Below, one piece after another: positions 22,601-32,783 of a DNA stretch of 32,783 nt. Each line of letters starts with the position of its first letter. The stretch's first letter is position 1. Made by a program: the position numbers and the translations under genes. Source of the DNA: Bipalium vagum (taxonomy: Eukaryota); NCBI GenBank assembly GCA_037834085.1, contig JBBMKC010232725.1, forward strand, positions 1 through 32,783. The letters run 5' to 3'. The notes under the pieces were generated by a model. It was given only the letters and a program-made list of their open reading frames with translations, made no database searches and had not been told where the DNA came from.

Positions 22601-24185
22601 TGAATCTTTCAAAGAAAGCTGTGAGAAAGATGTGAGCTTTTTCTTTATATTTTATATATTAAATAATTCATAATAATTTTATGTTAAACAAAGTTATATA
22701 ATCAATTTTTACTTTTATAATAATAATTTTAATCTTTCAAATATAAAATATAAAAATATCTAACCAATTGTTCTCGTACCCTTTTCCTCGCATAATTAAG
22801 CATAACGATTTTACGAAAAGTTCATTTGATTTCGTTGTTTTATTATATCTTTCCCAAATATTAATATTTCTGAATAAAGATAATATTCGATTCGTCAATA
22901 ATTATTGAATTGGAATCAGAATAAAATAATGTCAATATTATAATTAATATTTTTTAAAAAAATAAGATAAATAAATCAATTAGAAAAATTTTTTTGTATT
23001 CAATACAGAAAACTTAAAAAATTTTTTTAGCCTTTTATACCGATCTTTTTAAGAATCATTTACTTTAAAAACTATATAAAATCTGGAACTTGTAATTATT
23101 GTTGTTTAGAGAGTGCAGTATTTTACCAAATAAAGATTGCATATGGTAAATCATGTACATTTGGTTATAAACTAGACAATGAAGAGTTAATTATAAATGT
23201 GATGGTTAACCTTATTGAAGTTTGATCGCAGTCTAATAAAAAGCCTTCAAGCTCAGTACAATTTCCTTTAAGACGAGAGGTCGTCTAGGGAGTAGCAAAA
23301 TAGCTGATGTTCACCAAATAACAATGGATCAATATTATGACGCTATATTTTTCACTTTCTCGGAAAATTGACAAAGATTACGTGAGCCTTTTAAGCCGGT
23401 TTTTAAGTATTTATGATTTTACAATACAAATATATAATCTCAGCCAGCTCTAATCGATTTACTCAAGTGAATGTACTTATATAACTTATAAGTAGGTAAG
23501 TTTAATCAATGAGCTAACGATGTATATATAGCGTCACTGGGTCTAGTTATTCCAGGGTCTCATTATATATAAATATTGATTCAATATAAATAACTTTTAT
23601 TATTCCTTATATAATGGAACCTTGAGAGTAAAAACGTAATAAAATGTGACATTAATATTTCAGTCTAAAATTTTGATTTTTAACATAAAATATAATAAAT
23701 AAAATAATTAAAAAATAAAAATAATTATTATTATTATTATTTATATAATTAAAATCATTTCTTTCCCTCTGGTAAGATAAATTATAAATAATTCTCAATT
23801 TTGCCGTTGCTTTCCATAAACATTTTAAGATAATCATTAAACCGCAGACAAATACATAATAATAAATAAAATAATAATATTCTTTAAAAAATTATAATTA
23901 ATTTGATTTATAAGAGTTTTGTTAATTAATGTAACTGTAATTAAATAATAAAAAATAATAGACATTTATTAATACTTTAAAACGAAAGAAATAAATAAGG
24001 CAATTAAAAAGAACCCATCATTTAAATAATATAAAAGTATTGAAAGTTATTCTTATTAAAATATGTTTTAATAAATGAATGGTTTTCAATATGTAACACT
24101 GATATGATCTCAAAGTTCAGCCTTATCCTTCACAATTCATTGATTTCATTTTAGAAATTATTGATCATATTTCTCATTTCCGTAG

Positions 24186-24381
24186 ATCATTCTGGAAGTT
24201 CAGTACAAATCCCCTCCGAAACTTTTGAGAAAAAAACGTCGTTCAAACAATTGTCAGTCGAATCAATTTTTTTGCTGTACTGAAAAGCTGGTTGCCAGCT
24301 TAGAAGATCTCGGATATTCAGAGTTCATCTTGGCCCCGAGGCATTTTACAATCAACTATTGTCGTGGAGATTGCAATAATT
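24186..24381 (+). CDS. Activin-like ligand, exon 3 (furin site and N-half of the cystine-knot domain); absent from the ORF track
   Basis: Pyrimidine tract and CGTAG acceptor. Reads IILEVQYKSPPKLLRKKRRSNNCQSNQFFCCTEKLVASLEDLGYSEFILAPRHFTINYCRGDCNN. GTAAGA donor at 24382, phase 1. Confidence 0.93.
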
Positions 24382-24714
24382 GTAAGACCACTTTATAATT
24401 TTATTTATTTATTATTTTATTATGTCTACTAATGGAATTTATAAACTGACCACATCGAGGTTATTAAGTAACTTTATGCGTTTAAAATATTTCTCAGTTT
24501 TTAAAAAAACTACTATTTTCGGCTCTTCTAACTGCTTTAACATCTTTTGTATTATTGATTTAATTATTATAACTCAATTTTATATCTTACATTAAAATGG
24601 GTAACCACAAAATTGAGAAAAACTCTTCTTTATATTGAATTTTTAAGAAATTAAATTAATGGAGCGCAATCAGGTTTATCTATTTTACAAACAATTTTTT
24701 CAATCACGTGATAT

Positions 24715-25010
24715 CATTCCAGCTTCGAACGTGATGCATTGTATAACAATGAAATCTAACTTTATATAACAATATTCAATCCCTTTATGCAATTGTTTAA
24801 CATTTGTGGATTACCATTTATCTTAGTACAGCAATCCTTTTAAAACACCCCATTATTTTTCAATCGGATGACATTTCGGAAAGTTTGGATGGTTATCACA
24901 CTTCTCAACCAAATTGATTTTTTGTCTCTCAAATAGGCAATGACAGACTTAGGATAATGTGCGTTTGTCTAATCTGACCAAAAGAGATGTTGGCCATCAG
25001 AATGATATTT
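24715..25010 (-). mobile_element. Tc1-like ITmD37E-type transposase 3' relic in intron 3
   Basis: YHSDGQHLFWSD*TNAHYPKSVIAYLRDK/INLVEKCDNHPNFPKCHPIE...LLY*DKW*STNVKQL. The D-to-E spacing is 37 after correcting one frameshift. Confidence 0.78.
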
Positions 25011-25634
25011 TCTGTTACTTATATTTTCCATTATACTTATATTATTTTAATATACTTTTAATATGAAAAGAAATCAGCATAAAATAATTTCGACATTATA
25101 ATTAATTAAAATTAATTAATGAAAATAAATAAATATATTAAAAAAATCAATAGTTTCTAAATTTCTTAGTACAATTAAAAATGTTATTTATTCTTTATAT
25201 TATAAGAAATAGGGTTTTAATATTCAAATATTATATATACAATTTAAATGTTGTATTCGTTATACATATATATATAGTATTAATTTCTAAAAAATAATAA
25301 TAAAATAAAAACATAATATTATTAAAGTAAAATAATATAAAATATAATAATATTAATAAAAAAAATTAAAATATAAAAATAAATAAATAAAATAATAAAA
25401 AATCATTACATTCAATTAATTTTCAATATTGAAATGTCAATGATCATTGACTGTACTACGGTAGTCTGGAAAGAAACTTTGTGACTATAATAATGATTTC
25501 ATATGTTAACTCTATATCAAATTTTATTATTTTTATTATTTTATGATTAAACGACTTTGGTCGCGAGATTGGAAATATTTAAAAAATCTTACAATGTAAA
25601 TGTCAGAGACTTTTGAAAACCCTTAACATTTCAG

Positions 25635-25831
25635 ATATCACCTATTCTTCCAACCATGCCATCGCAGTCCATTTTGCTCGGAAAAAAGACATTCAACCTC
25701 GCAAAGAAATCAGATCATGCTGCGTTCCTTACAGTTATCAGAATTTCACATTTATGTATTTAAAGCCAGACAATTCCATAGCCATAGAAACATTTAACGA
25801 TTTGATTGCTTCCACTTGTGGATGTCTTTGA
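25635..25831 (+). CDS. Activin-like ligand, exon 4 (C-half of the cystine knot and stop); the full CDS is 374 aa
   Basis: CTTAAC branch-like site and TTTCAG acceptor at 25634 give a phase-1 in-frame join: YITYSSNHAIAVHFARKKDIQPRKEIRSCCVPYSYQNFTFMYLKPDNSIAIETFNDLIASTCGCL*. The mature domain has 9 Cys (C, CC, CxGxC, CC, CxC). The four exons sum to 1125 nt. Confidence 0.93.
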
Positions 25832-25904
25832 AATTGTTTTTTCGATATTTATTTGGTGAAACAGAACTAGCTTCCATTTTTTCTGCATTGTTCCCAGAGC
25901 AAAA

Positions 25905-25910
25905 AATAAA
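25905..25910 (+). terminator. Proximal polyadenylation signal of the activin-like gene
   Basis: First AATAAA, 73 nt after the stop. Further AATAAA at 26461 and about 26522. Confidence 0.45.
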
Positions 25911-27278
25911 TCTTTATCCAAACATTAGCATTGTTTGAAGATTTGCTACACTCTGCCATCAATGATCATCATCATCATCAACATCATCATCCTGCAGATG
26001 CCGTTCAATTGTTACAACCACCGATAGACGACAAACATTTCTTTTTATTTTTAGATTGACAACACTGAACAGCGGCAACTTGGGCTCACTTGAACATTGC
26101 TCTTCGTTTCTCATGACAAAATCTTTATCTTTGACAAATCATTGCTGTTTTTTCCTTTCGTGTTCCGGACTATTTTCAACAATTCATTCACATAATTGTT
26201 CATGGAAGATGATTTTTCTTTTTCTTGTATTTGTTTCGTTCATGACCCCCTCCTCCGCCCCCCGTGCCAACCTCTGATCCCGCATTGAATTCAATGGGGG
26301 AAAATGTCAAAATCGAATTTCGCAATTTTACACGTGACTTTTCATCAGAAATTTTTCTATAAAATTTATTTTCTGTTTTGTTTTAAACATTATCTGACAT
26401 TTTGTTTGGCACAAAAAATGAAGTCAATTTGTTCTTTCAAAATTAGCCGGTGTTTACATAAATAAAATATTGGCTCTCTCTCTTGACATTTTTATTTTTA
26501 TATAAAATGGAATTTCAATTAAATAAAAAAACAATACTGATATATCTGATAATCGAACGTTTTATATAATAATAATAATATCGATAATGGCAATTATTTT
26601 TGCCATTTTTATGATAATTGGATTTTGTTTAAATTGATGTTGTTTTAATGAATTTCATTTATGTGATATAAATTGTTTAGACTTTGAATTTAGTAGTGGA
26701 TTTTTATGCAGATTTTTCATTAATTTTGGGACATGATATAAAATTGGCGGAGTGTAAAATATGTAGAACAAAATTTTAATTAAATTAAATATAAATAAAA
26801 AATAATTTAACCGGAAGATCTATTAAAATATATTTAAGGTAAAATGTCTAAATAAGTATATTATTTATAAATATATTCATATGGCTCTAAATTGTTTCAA
26901 AATTAGACCAAGGGAAAATGCTAGACAGAATAGTTTAGTCTTAAATATAATATAATATAATATATATAATTTAGTTTTAAAACAAAAAATTATTGATTTA
27001 TTTATAAAATTTTTAAAAGCCAAATAAATGAGATGTGAAAACCGCTTACATTTTTATAATCATGAAATGTTTGTTGACGAATTGTTAACATTTATTAATT
27101 AGTTCAATTAGGAAAATTTAGATAAAAACAATAATCAAATATTAAATAATATTTTTATTTACAGGTACAAGGAAATGTTTTAAAATAACATTAAACAGTG
27201 AAATGAAAAGGGTATAACGAAATTAACATACATTTTTCTTTGTAGAAATTTAACAAATAAAAATTAATACGATATATA

Positions 27279-28506
27279 CTGGGTGTGTAAAAAGTAAGTA
27301 TCCGATTTTAAAATGTAATACCTTAACTATAATTGCTAAACTGTCTAACAATTAACACCAAAAGCTTTAAACACCACAAAGTTTATTTTGTCTGCCACCA
27401 CAGACCTAATTCATATATTTTTCATTTGGAATGAGATGTGTCAAAATGTAAGCTGAAATAATATTGAAGTCATAGATTCTAATAAAGACGAAATTTTGAA
27501 TTTTTGATTAAATCTTTAAATATTGGGCACTTTGTCCCTGACAATAGTAAGGTTGTGACCAATAATGTTAAAATCAATTTATCCATACTTGGAGTTGTCA
27601 CAATGAAGAATAATTTGGCTATTTCTATTGTTCTCTCTATTTTTAGCAATCACTTGTGATAATCAAACAGTTGAATACCAGTCTTTCGCATCTCTTAAGT
27701 TATCGTTGCAATATACGTGGTGTGGATAAAACGTCCTTAAACTCGTAAAGAAATATAATTAAGAATTTCATTAAATTATAAAAATAAATTAATTATTATA
27801 TATATGTAAGGATTATTTTATTTGTTTTAAGTGGTAAGCTTTTGTTGAGAGCATTGGATTCAGAAAATTATGTAATAATAACAGATTTGTCCCACGATTT
27901 TTGACAGCTGAAATACGACAAAAGCGAACGAAAGCATGTCAAAACATCTGTACCTATTTCATTCTCTTGAAAATTGAGTCCTTACGTTCCTTATGATCAA
28001 GGACGTACGAATAAACCCACGTTTCATCACCAGTGATAATGTAAATTAAATTTGAATGATCGTTAAATTTTCGGACCAAACATTCTTTTTTTTAGAATAT
28101 GTCAAATTATGTGGGATCCACTACTGCAAAGCTTTCTTTAGATGGTCTTTCAAAGGGGTTTAAATTGTTTTCATGTCAATACCAACCTATAACCTAATTC
28201 ATGGTATGAGATATGTTGACCTATTCCAATCATTTTATAAACATCATTTACAGAGTGCGTAAGGTATTTCACAAAATCATCTGTTTTTGAAACTGTTCCA
28301 TTATCGGATTGAAGATCTTGGAGTATTTTATGTACAGATTATCGTGTGACTAGGACAACATAACGCTTCATATTTCTTTAGTGATATGGTTATGTGCCAT
28401 TATTATTTATTTTAATAATTTAGTAAAACAAATTGCAGTGGATATATTTAAAAAGTCATAAAAAATTAACATTAAAATTATATCCTCAAATTCTTTAGAC
28501 ACCCTG
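27279..28506 (-). mobile_element. Approximately 1.2-kb decayed mariner element with CAGGGTG-type TIR-like ends
   Basis: TA|CTGGGTGTGTAAAAAG at the left and CTTTAGACACCCTG|TA at the right. Minus-strand remnants VNDVYKMI..HISYHEL, WIPHNLT, IITGDETWVYSY, DWYSTV*LSQVIAKNRENNRNSQIILHCDNS. It is uncertain whether these ends belong to this transposase. Confidence 0.7.
27840..27946 (+). mobile_element. Short opposite-strand mariner fragment embedded in the previous element
   Basis: RKLCNNNRFVPRFLTAEIRQKRTKACQN resembles the mariner linker RKLCARWVPRLLT..QK..R...C. Confidence 0.6.
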
Positions 28507-28769
28507 TATATTAGTGGGTGAAGCATACTTTGACGGATCATCCTCACAAACATTAACTTCTAGACTCGAATTCAGCGAACTATTTGAAAACTCAGCTAAT
28601 TCTGAAATGCTAGAGGAAATAAATCTAGACACTTTTTTAGTTAAAAGCTACATTCAAAATAAATCGATCAGTTTCATTTGTTTTAAAATTTCTACTTTAG
28701 TTGATTGCCAATAACAATATTTATCTTTTGTGATACATAAAGTCATTTTTTCAATAACCATGGACAAGG

Positions 28770-29170
28770 ATTTATAATTTCTAAATCGTGCCTCAAGTAC
28801 TGTTGCAATTTTTAATACTCAAATACTGGTAAGATTATAAACTCGGTCCATGTCTGCCCTCATTTGAAACCTTGGTTTTTTCGAAGACTATCAAACTGCA
28901 ACTAGATGTTACGTATTTATCATCACTAAACAATTAGTTGCCTGATAGAAAAACATCGAAATATTTATAAAAATTTTCCCGTTGCTTTCTGACTTTGTTA
29001 AAATTGTTTAATGTTTCGTATCTTGTAAAAGATAAATCATTATTGCTTCTTTAGCATGCATCAAACTATAAAGCATTATATAAGTAAATTTTTTTAAAGT
29101 TAATTTTCCGGAGATGGCCTTATATTTGGAGAGCTGTTTGATTGGATCAGCTGTACCGCCTTCATTAGAC
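28770..29170 (-). mobile_element. hAT (Ac/ZBED1-like) transposase relic
   Basis: Collinear remnants TYIMLYSLMHAKEAIMIYL (STYxMLxRL..K.AI), YQATN/FSDDKYVTSS (EAT..LS.EKY.T.S) and KIATVLEARFR (ATxLDPRFK). Confidence 0.7.
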
Positions 29171-30273
29171 ATCTCGCTTCTTTTAAGTTTGTTAAAAATA
29201 ACTAGAAAATATTTAATTTAGAGTTTAAATTTTTTTTTACTTAAAATATATGAATTAAAGTGGGACATAAACAAATTACAATTAATCGAATTTTTAATCT
29301 TTAATTTTAAAACAAACCAGTAATAAAACTTTTATTTCAAATTTCCGCCTATTTAAAACAAATTAATTGATTTAAATTTCTTCAAATGATTTATAGTGAT
29401 TCAATATTGAATTTTAGATATCAGTTATAAAATATTGATATAACTTAAATTATCAAATTTCAAAAATTCTCTCAGGACTTTGTATATAGTTTTTTCATTC
29501 TTAATTAGAAATTAATAGATGAAAAACAAAGTAATAATGTGGGAAACTCACCATCTTGCAGAGAAACTTAAATAAAAGTCTCTGTAATAGAAAGAGATTT
29601 AAAATCAAAGGACAACTAAAAAATACCAGTACCCCCAGTTGTGGATTTAACAGTGAATTAAAAACCATGACCTATTTAGAAATAAAATTTCATTTTTAAC
29701 GAGTTTGTAATAAGAAATGTGATGTTATTTTATATATTCTAAAGTATTTTCAAACTTTGTTTGTAAAATAAATAAATAAGTAAAAAATAAATAGATAAAC
29801 AGTACTTCCAAAATATTAAAAATGTTCTTGGATTTTTTAGTTGGATTAAGTTAAGGTGGTAAATTTTGTCTAAAGGTTTTATCTACTTGCTTTTGTAACA
29901 TGATTTACAATATATTACGTGGTCGTTCCACAACGATTAAATTTGTTCTATTAAAAATTGTACAGTAACTAATTTTATATTGAATGACACAGGATCTCAT
30001 TCTACAGATATTAATAGGGTTAATTGTTATCACACTCTGATACATGTTTTACAGATTATTTCACGACACCATTTCACATACTGTATATTGATTACAGATA
30101 GTTAAATGATGGCCAATGGTAGTCGGAGTTTCGATAGATATCCAACAGAAGTCTCATAAAAATTTCGATTCGTTTTGAATACGAGTCTAATAATAAGTTA
30201 GAAAATAAATAATAGAATTCATTGATAATATATATAAAGTATATAAAGTAGTATAAATAATTATCATTATTCG

Positions 30274-30331
<58 letters not shown>

Positions 30332-30392
30332 GTTATTTCACTTTAATTATTATTATTTTATTATGATTATTATTATTATTATTATTATTATT
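30274..30392. repeat. (ATT)n microsatellite, two blocks
   Basis: Long ATT runs at 30274-30331 and 30347-30392. Confidence 0.95.
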
Positions 30393-30920
30393 AGTATTGT
30401 ATTATATATTTATAATTTTAACATAAAATGTTCCTCAAGTGAAATTTTCAATCCCTTTGAGCTAAACAATTACTTTGCAGTAAAAATAGAAATATTTCGT
30501 TTACGAAAATATGATTCAGTTTACCCTAATATATTTCAGTGGTCTAAAATTGAGTTCTCATTTAATTATTTCGAAATTCGAAAAATTAATAAGAAATTTT
30601 TAAACTTAGATAAATAATTGATGCAACGTTTATCGTATTCTAACAATATAACTAAAAAATAAGAACAAATGTTACATATAATTTATTATGTTCTCAAAAT
30701 ATTAAATAAAATTAAAAAATATATAAATAAAATATAAAATCTTAAATGTTCAAAATCATTTTGAGAAAATTCTGTTTTCATTTTCATTGAAATAGTTGGA
30801 GTGTGGAATTTGTTTATCTGCTTTAATTTAATCATTTCGTACTGACCTTTCATAAAGAATTAAATCAATTGTAACGCTTAATTTTTGAGATTTGATTCTT
30901 TAGGTTTCGTATTATTACGA

Positions 30921-31294
30921 ATGAATACGGAAAATCAAGATTCCTTCAGCCAGGTTTCCATTCATTCTACCCACAGTTTACCGCAAATCGACATAAAATG
31001 TCACAAAAATAAAAAGTTTTCTTTGATGAAATCACCTGTGGAAAATAAATCACCCAAATCTGAGAGAATAGAAATCAAATCTTATCGTCATAGTGCAAAT
31101 AATGAAGATATGTCGGACTGCAATATATATCATAGTAATAAGGATATATCTCAACCGTTTGTTGAAAAGGGACGTGAATCCTCATATAAGAAGTTCAACA
31201 GGAAATTGAAATCTCCCAAATCTTTTAAGAATCAAATATATAATTTCCTCGACCGACCAAGTGGATGGAAATGTTTCATTTATCATTTTACAGT
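30921..31294 (+). CDS. KCNQ1: KCNQ1-like voltage-gated K+ channel, first coding exon (partial gene)
   Basis: C-terminal KNQIYNFLDRPSGWKCFIYHFTV closely matches KCNQ1 pre-S1/S1 (YNFLERPTGWKCFVYHFAV). It ends at a phase-2 GT|GTAAGT donor at 31295. ATG at 30921, with an acceptor-like TTCTTTAG at 30903 upstream. No downstream exons were found in the window. Confidence 0.9.
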
Positions 31295-31437
31295 GTAAGT
31301 TAATTAAATATTAATTATATTATTAAAAATAAATGTACTGAGGTCTGAATAATTACAAAAATAAGCAGAAAAATCATTTATACCCTTTTGTGATGCAAAC
31401 TTTATAATTTTTTATAATGTAAATAATTAACTTTGAA

Positions 31438-31546
31438 TTAAAAATAATTAATAATAAATTTAAAATAATTAATAATAAATTTAAAATAATTAATAATAAA
31501 TTTAAAATAATTAATAATAAATTTAAAATAATAATAAATTTAAAAT
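31438..31546. repeat. 21-bp AT-only minisatellite in the KCNQ intron
   Basis: TTAAAATAATTAATAATAAAT x4 plus a shortened fifth copy. Confidence 0.9.
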
Positions 31547-31763
31547 GGTATTAATAGCAAATCATATTTCGTTCTTTATAATTTTATTAATTATAATCTT
31601 AGCGCGCCAATTAAATTTTATATAACAATTGATTTTTGTGAAGAAAACATTATATATTATTGTTTTAAGCCTATTTTGTAAACATAAATTAATAAATGAT
31701 CATTTCCCATATTGAGATAAGTACTTTTTTCTTATAGGTACGATATTGCTTATTATTTGCCTA

Positions 31764-32482
31764 ACACAGGATGCATTAAAGAAGATACCATATTTAAAAT
31801 TTTATATTGTCAAATATGTTTGAAAAATAATACTGGAAATTTTAACACAATAAAATTCATTTGTTAAAATTTAATAATTTTCTACAGAACATCGATTTGC
31901 ATTGATACAAGTCTGAAAATGTTTATTATTAAAAGAAGTCATAGCATTTCCACAAATTTCGAGTGGTACGTTAGTTGTTTCTTCCTCAATTAAATCTGTT
32001 AAATCTTCGAGAATCTTTGGCTTTCGTGAATAAGCCTTTGCCTATATGTATCAATAATGAAAGATCTGATGATCTTACAGTCAGATTGAATGGTTAACAT
32101 CTTTAAATTTGAATTCAGTGAAGTGTGCTGTTTAAGACATATCTAACCTGGAGTGAGTAATGAGCAGGCGCTCAATTCTCTTGAAAAAGTCTTTGTAATT
32201 TTCTGAGACAAAGTTGTAGCATGAGGTATAATTTAGCATCTCTAAATAATTAGAACCATTCACATTTTCATTAAAAGAAGAAACCATAAAGACATAACTT
32301 CTAAGTACCCATTCAAACATTAACCTTTTGACTGGAATTGTATCTTGGGATTAAACAATTTAACATTTTCCTTAAACTTTTGAAATCATATTTTTATATA
32401 TATAAAAATTTGTTTAAAAAAATTATAAAATAAAAGATTTAAGGGATTTTTAAATTAGTTAGTTACTTTTTACACATCCTAC
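31764..32482 (-). mobile_element. Internally deleted Tc1/mariner DD41D (rosa/visitor-like) relic in the KCNQ intron
   Basis: Minus strand reads SQKVNV, FNENVNGSNYLEML, FQEN*APAHYSLQVR, VRSSDLS, AYSRKPKILEDL..IEEETTNVPLEIC, FQTCINAN. TIR-like CAGGATG at about 31767 and TTACTTTTTACACATCCT at about 32463-32480. Confidence 0.78.
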
Positions 32483-32714
32483 ATATATATAATGGTGTTA
32501 TTCTATGAGGTTATTTTTATTTATTTTTTCTTAATAAAAGTATATTTATTTCGTACCTTAAACACCCCATCATTCTATTATTTATTTTCAATAAATCTTA
32601 TGAAACATTGTAATTTGTGAATATCAGTAAAGGGTAAAGAAAACAAAAAACAAGTTTAAAAAAAATATATATTTTATTTAATATTTACTCATTTACATTA
32701 ACAGTAATTATTAT

Positions 32715-32718
<4 letters not shown>

Positions 32719-32783
<65 letters not shown>
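32719..32783. repeat. (ATT)n microsatellite at window end
   Basis: Perfect ATT run to the last base. Confidence 0.97.

Noticed and set aside
23110-23330. Faint mariner N-terminal-like remnants in activin intron 2
   Set aside because: Too decayed to support a call
25604-25634. Alternative exon-4 acceptors at 25606 and 25608 suggested by the ORF track
   Set aside because: They give the wrong phase for exon 3; only the AG at 25633-25634 preserves the frame
26300-26350. Minus-strand CTGATGA...CGAAA hammerhead-like string
   Set aside because: The helix II closing pair is mismatched and there is no helix I complement
31721-31800. TTTTTTCTTATAG|GTACGA acceptor as KCNQ1 exon 2 or a recursive splice site (similar AG|GT sites at about 1273, 27164 and minus-strand 2557)
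   Set aside because: The required phase gives YDIAYYLP..., not the KCNQ S1-S2 sequence, and AG|GT strings are expected by chance in AT-rich DNA
1-32783. Prokaryotic-type systems (CRISPR arrays, operons), tRNA or rRNA genes
   Set aside because: No repeat-spacer array, cloverleaf or rRNA similarity was seen; the sequence is intron-containing eukaryotic DNA

Overview
Very AT-rich eukaryotic (animal) genomic DNA, bounded at both ends by (AAT)n/(ATT)n microsatellites, so probably a whole short contig. The short 53-81 nt introns, AAT repeats and dense mariner relics suggest a planarian flatworm, but this is inference. Three protein-coding genes are supported, all on the + strand. (1) A complete two-exon gene (8932-8954, 9008-9278) encodes a 97-aa secreted protein with 8 cysteines that I cannot place in a known family; it has a TATA box, an E-box-rich promoter and an AATAAA, and the ORF track only partly captures it. 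(2) A complete four-exon TGF-beta superfamily gene of the activin/inhibin-beta/myostatin (9-Cys) type spans 20911-25831 and encodes 374 aa. (3) The first coding exon of a KCNQ1-like potassium channel lies at 30921-31294; the rest of that gene is outside the window. The remainder is largely decayed DNA transposons: mariner relics of several subfamilies, ITmD37E-like, DD41D/rosa-like, Merlin and hAT relics, and Tc2-like, piggyBac-like and mariner MITEs, plus weak LINE and Penelope fragments. The best unexplained signals are the orphan Cys-rich secreted protein, a 211-nt-period duplicated structured element with a compensatory base change next to hammerhead-like cores (12445-12790), and a GC-rich island 3' of the TGF-beta gene. 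All family assignments come from motif recognition by eye, not from database searches.
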